Below, piece after piece: positions 16,274 to 17,650 of a DNA stretch of 17,650 nucleotides. Source of the stretch: an uncultured Pseudomonadota bacterium. Its GTDB lineage: Bacteria; SAR324; NAC60-12. The notes under the pieces were generated by a model that saw only the letters and a program-made list of their open reading frames with translations, ran no database searches and had not been told where the DNA came from. Position numbers and translations under genes: made by a program. The stretch spans positions 1-17,650 of the forward strand of contig CAJWCD010000077.1 in assembly GCA_913020725.1 (NCBI GenBank), read 5' to 3'. How positions within the stretch are numbered: position 1 is the stretch's first letter; each line of letters opens with the position of its first letter.

Positions 16274-17524
16274 TTGGATTCACACCAAATTCCCCAACCG
16301 AACACCAACATCCTGCAAGCCTCTCGTCCGGCCCTGATGGTGCTGGGCATCGCCTGCCTGCTTTGCCTAGTGGGACGGGGCACACTCGAATGCTATGCGA
16401 TTTTCCTGATTTCTCTGGAAAATGAAATGGGGTGGACCCGCACCTCTGCCTCGGCGATTTATTCGGTGTCACTGATCGTTTATGGCTTCTCCGGTCCCAT
16501 TGTCGGGTGGTTCATTGACCGCTATGGCCCGGAGCGGGTGTACGCGGCCTGTCTGGTCGTTGTGGCTATCGGTTTGTCCCTGAATTCGATTGGGGAGTCT
16601 TGGCTGTTGTTCATGGTTTCGCAAGGGGGGTTCGTTGGATTTGGAGTCGCTGGACTTTCCGCGGTTTCTGTGACCGTGTTGATCAGTCGCTGGTTCAAGC
16701 GTTTCCTCCAGCAGGCGATGTCCTTGTCTCATGCTGCCGCCGGTGCCGGGATTCTTGTGTACTCCCCACTTGCAGAACGCCTGATCAGTGCGACCGGTTG
16801 GCGCACATCGTACCTCGTGCTTGCAGGGATTGCCGCAGGAACGTCGGGCTTGATCGTGGTGCTGTTCCGGATGCGTGTGGGCGAAGGCAATCCTGTTCAC
16901 CAACAACAGGATGATCCTGAGGGCACAAAGAGCGGTCCAGGGCCGACGGTCCCGGACGCACTCCACACGGTGGGATTTTGGGGGCTCTGCTGGGTTTATC
17001 TGTTCACGGGTGTGGCCTCTTACACGATCATCCTGCAAACCCCAGTCTTTCTTGTGAGTTTGGGGCACGATATTGAATTTGCAGCCCTTGTCCAAGGGGC
17101 CAATGGCCTGCTCGCCCCCATTGGCATGATCGTCATCTCACAGCTCGTCCCGCGTTTTGGGCAAACCCGGATCATCCTACTCAGCTACTGCTCCAGCATC
17201 CTTGGAGTTGCGTCTTTGCTGCAATACGCCAACTCACACAACCTGCTCTGGCTGGGGATTTTCGTGCTGCTTTTCGGCTTCACTGTGGGTTGCCGCGCCC
17301 CGGCGATTGCCTCCATCGCGGCCACGCTTTTCAAAGGATCATCCTTTGGCCGTATCTACGGCATGATCACCATTGCCAGTGGGTGTGGCATGTCGCTGGG
17401 AGCCTTCTCCGGAGGGCTGTTGTATGAACTCACCGGAGACTACCAAGCTGGGTTTCTGTTGGCGATGGGGGCGTTTGCACTAGGCAACATTCCCTTCTGG
17501 GCGGTGCTTTCGATGAGACGCTAA
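16274..17524 (+). CDS. MFS transporter (oxalate/monocarboxylate-like MFS_1)
   Basis: Many hydrophobic segments, motif A GWFIDRYGPER, GWR.SY and GG.LYELTGDY. TTG start is uncertain. Confidence 0.88.
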   Translation: MDSHQIPQPNTNILQASRPALMVLGIACLLCLVGRGTLECYAIFLISLENEMGWTRTSASAIYSVSLIVYGFSGPIVGWFIDRYGPERVYAACLVVVAIGLSLNSIGESWLLFMVSQGGFVGFGVAGLSAVSVTVLISRWFKRFLQQAMSLSHAAAGAGILVYSPLAERLISATGWRTSYLVLAGIAAGTSGLIVVLFRMRVGEGNPVHQQQDDPEGTKSGPGPTVPDALHTVGFWGLCWVYLFTGVASYTIILQTPVFLVSLGHDIEFAALVQGANGLLAPIGMIVISQLVPRFGQTRIILLSYCSSILGVASLLQYANSHNLLWLGIFVLLFGFTVGCRAPAIASIAATLFKGSSFGRIYGMITIASGCGMSLGAFSGGLLYELTGDYQAGFLLAMGAFALGNIPFWAVLSMRR

Positions 17525-17650
17525 AACAACTGTGGAGCCAGTTAAAAAATGTAGGAAAAATCTGTCATAAAAATATTATCTTAAAAACAAAATCAGGTAG
17601 TCTCCCCCTTGAGTGTTGTTCCTCTAAAAATCGGGAACAATAACTGTAAA

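Noticed and set aside
7452..17095. Long antisense ORFs (7452-8291, 10905-11795, 14738-15403, 16469-17095)
   Set aside because: Each lies opposite a well-supported gene and shows no recognisable motif.

Overview
Bacterial window, with two compositionally distinct parts. Bases 1 to ~2435 are AT-rich and carry the 3' end of an aldo/keto reductase and a PhyH-type 2OG-Fe(II) dioxygenase fused to HEAT repeats. From ~2435 the DNA is GC-rich. The section 2435-6900 is a patchwork of intact genes (secreted His/Met-rich protein, group II PLP decarboxylase, PlsC-like acyltransferase) and broken ones (a BaeS-like kinase fragment fused in frame to a BaeR-like regulator tail, a 5'-truncated DUF1501 gene, a VapC/PIN fragment). 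It ends in what looks like a decayed 3' half of tRNA-fMet (6854-6898), so the left ~6.9 kb may be the eroded end of a tRNA-integrated island. To the right lie an M81/MlrC peptidase, aroQ, an orphan gspC, a SelA-like PLP enzyme remnant, DUF1244, a full pstSCAB-phoU operon and an MFS transporter. The gene mix is reminiscent of marine SAR324/delta-proteobacteria-like genomes (inference only). All calls come from motif recognition by eye; no searches were run, and assembly chimerism cannot be excluded.
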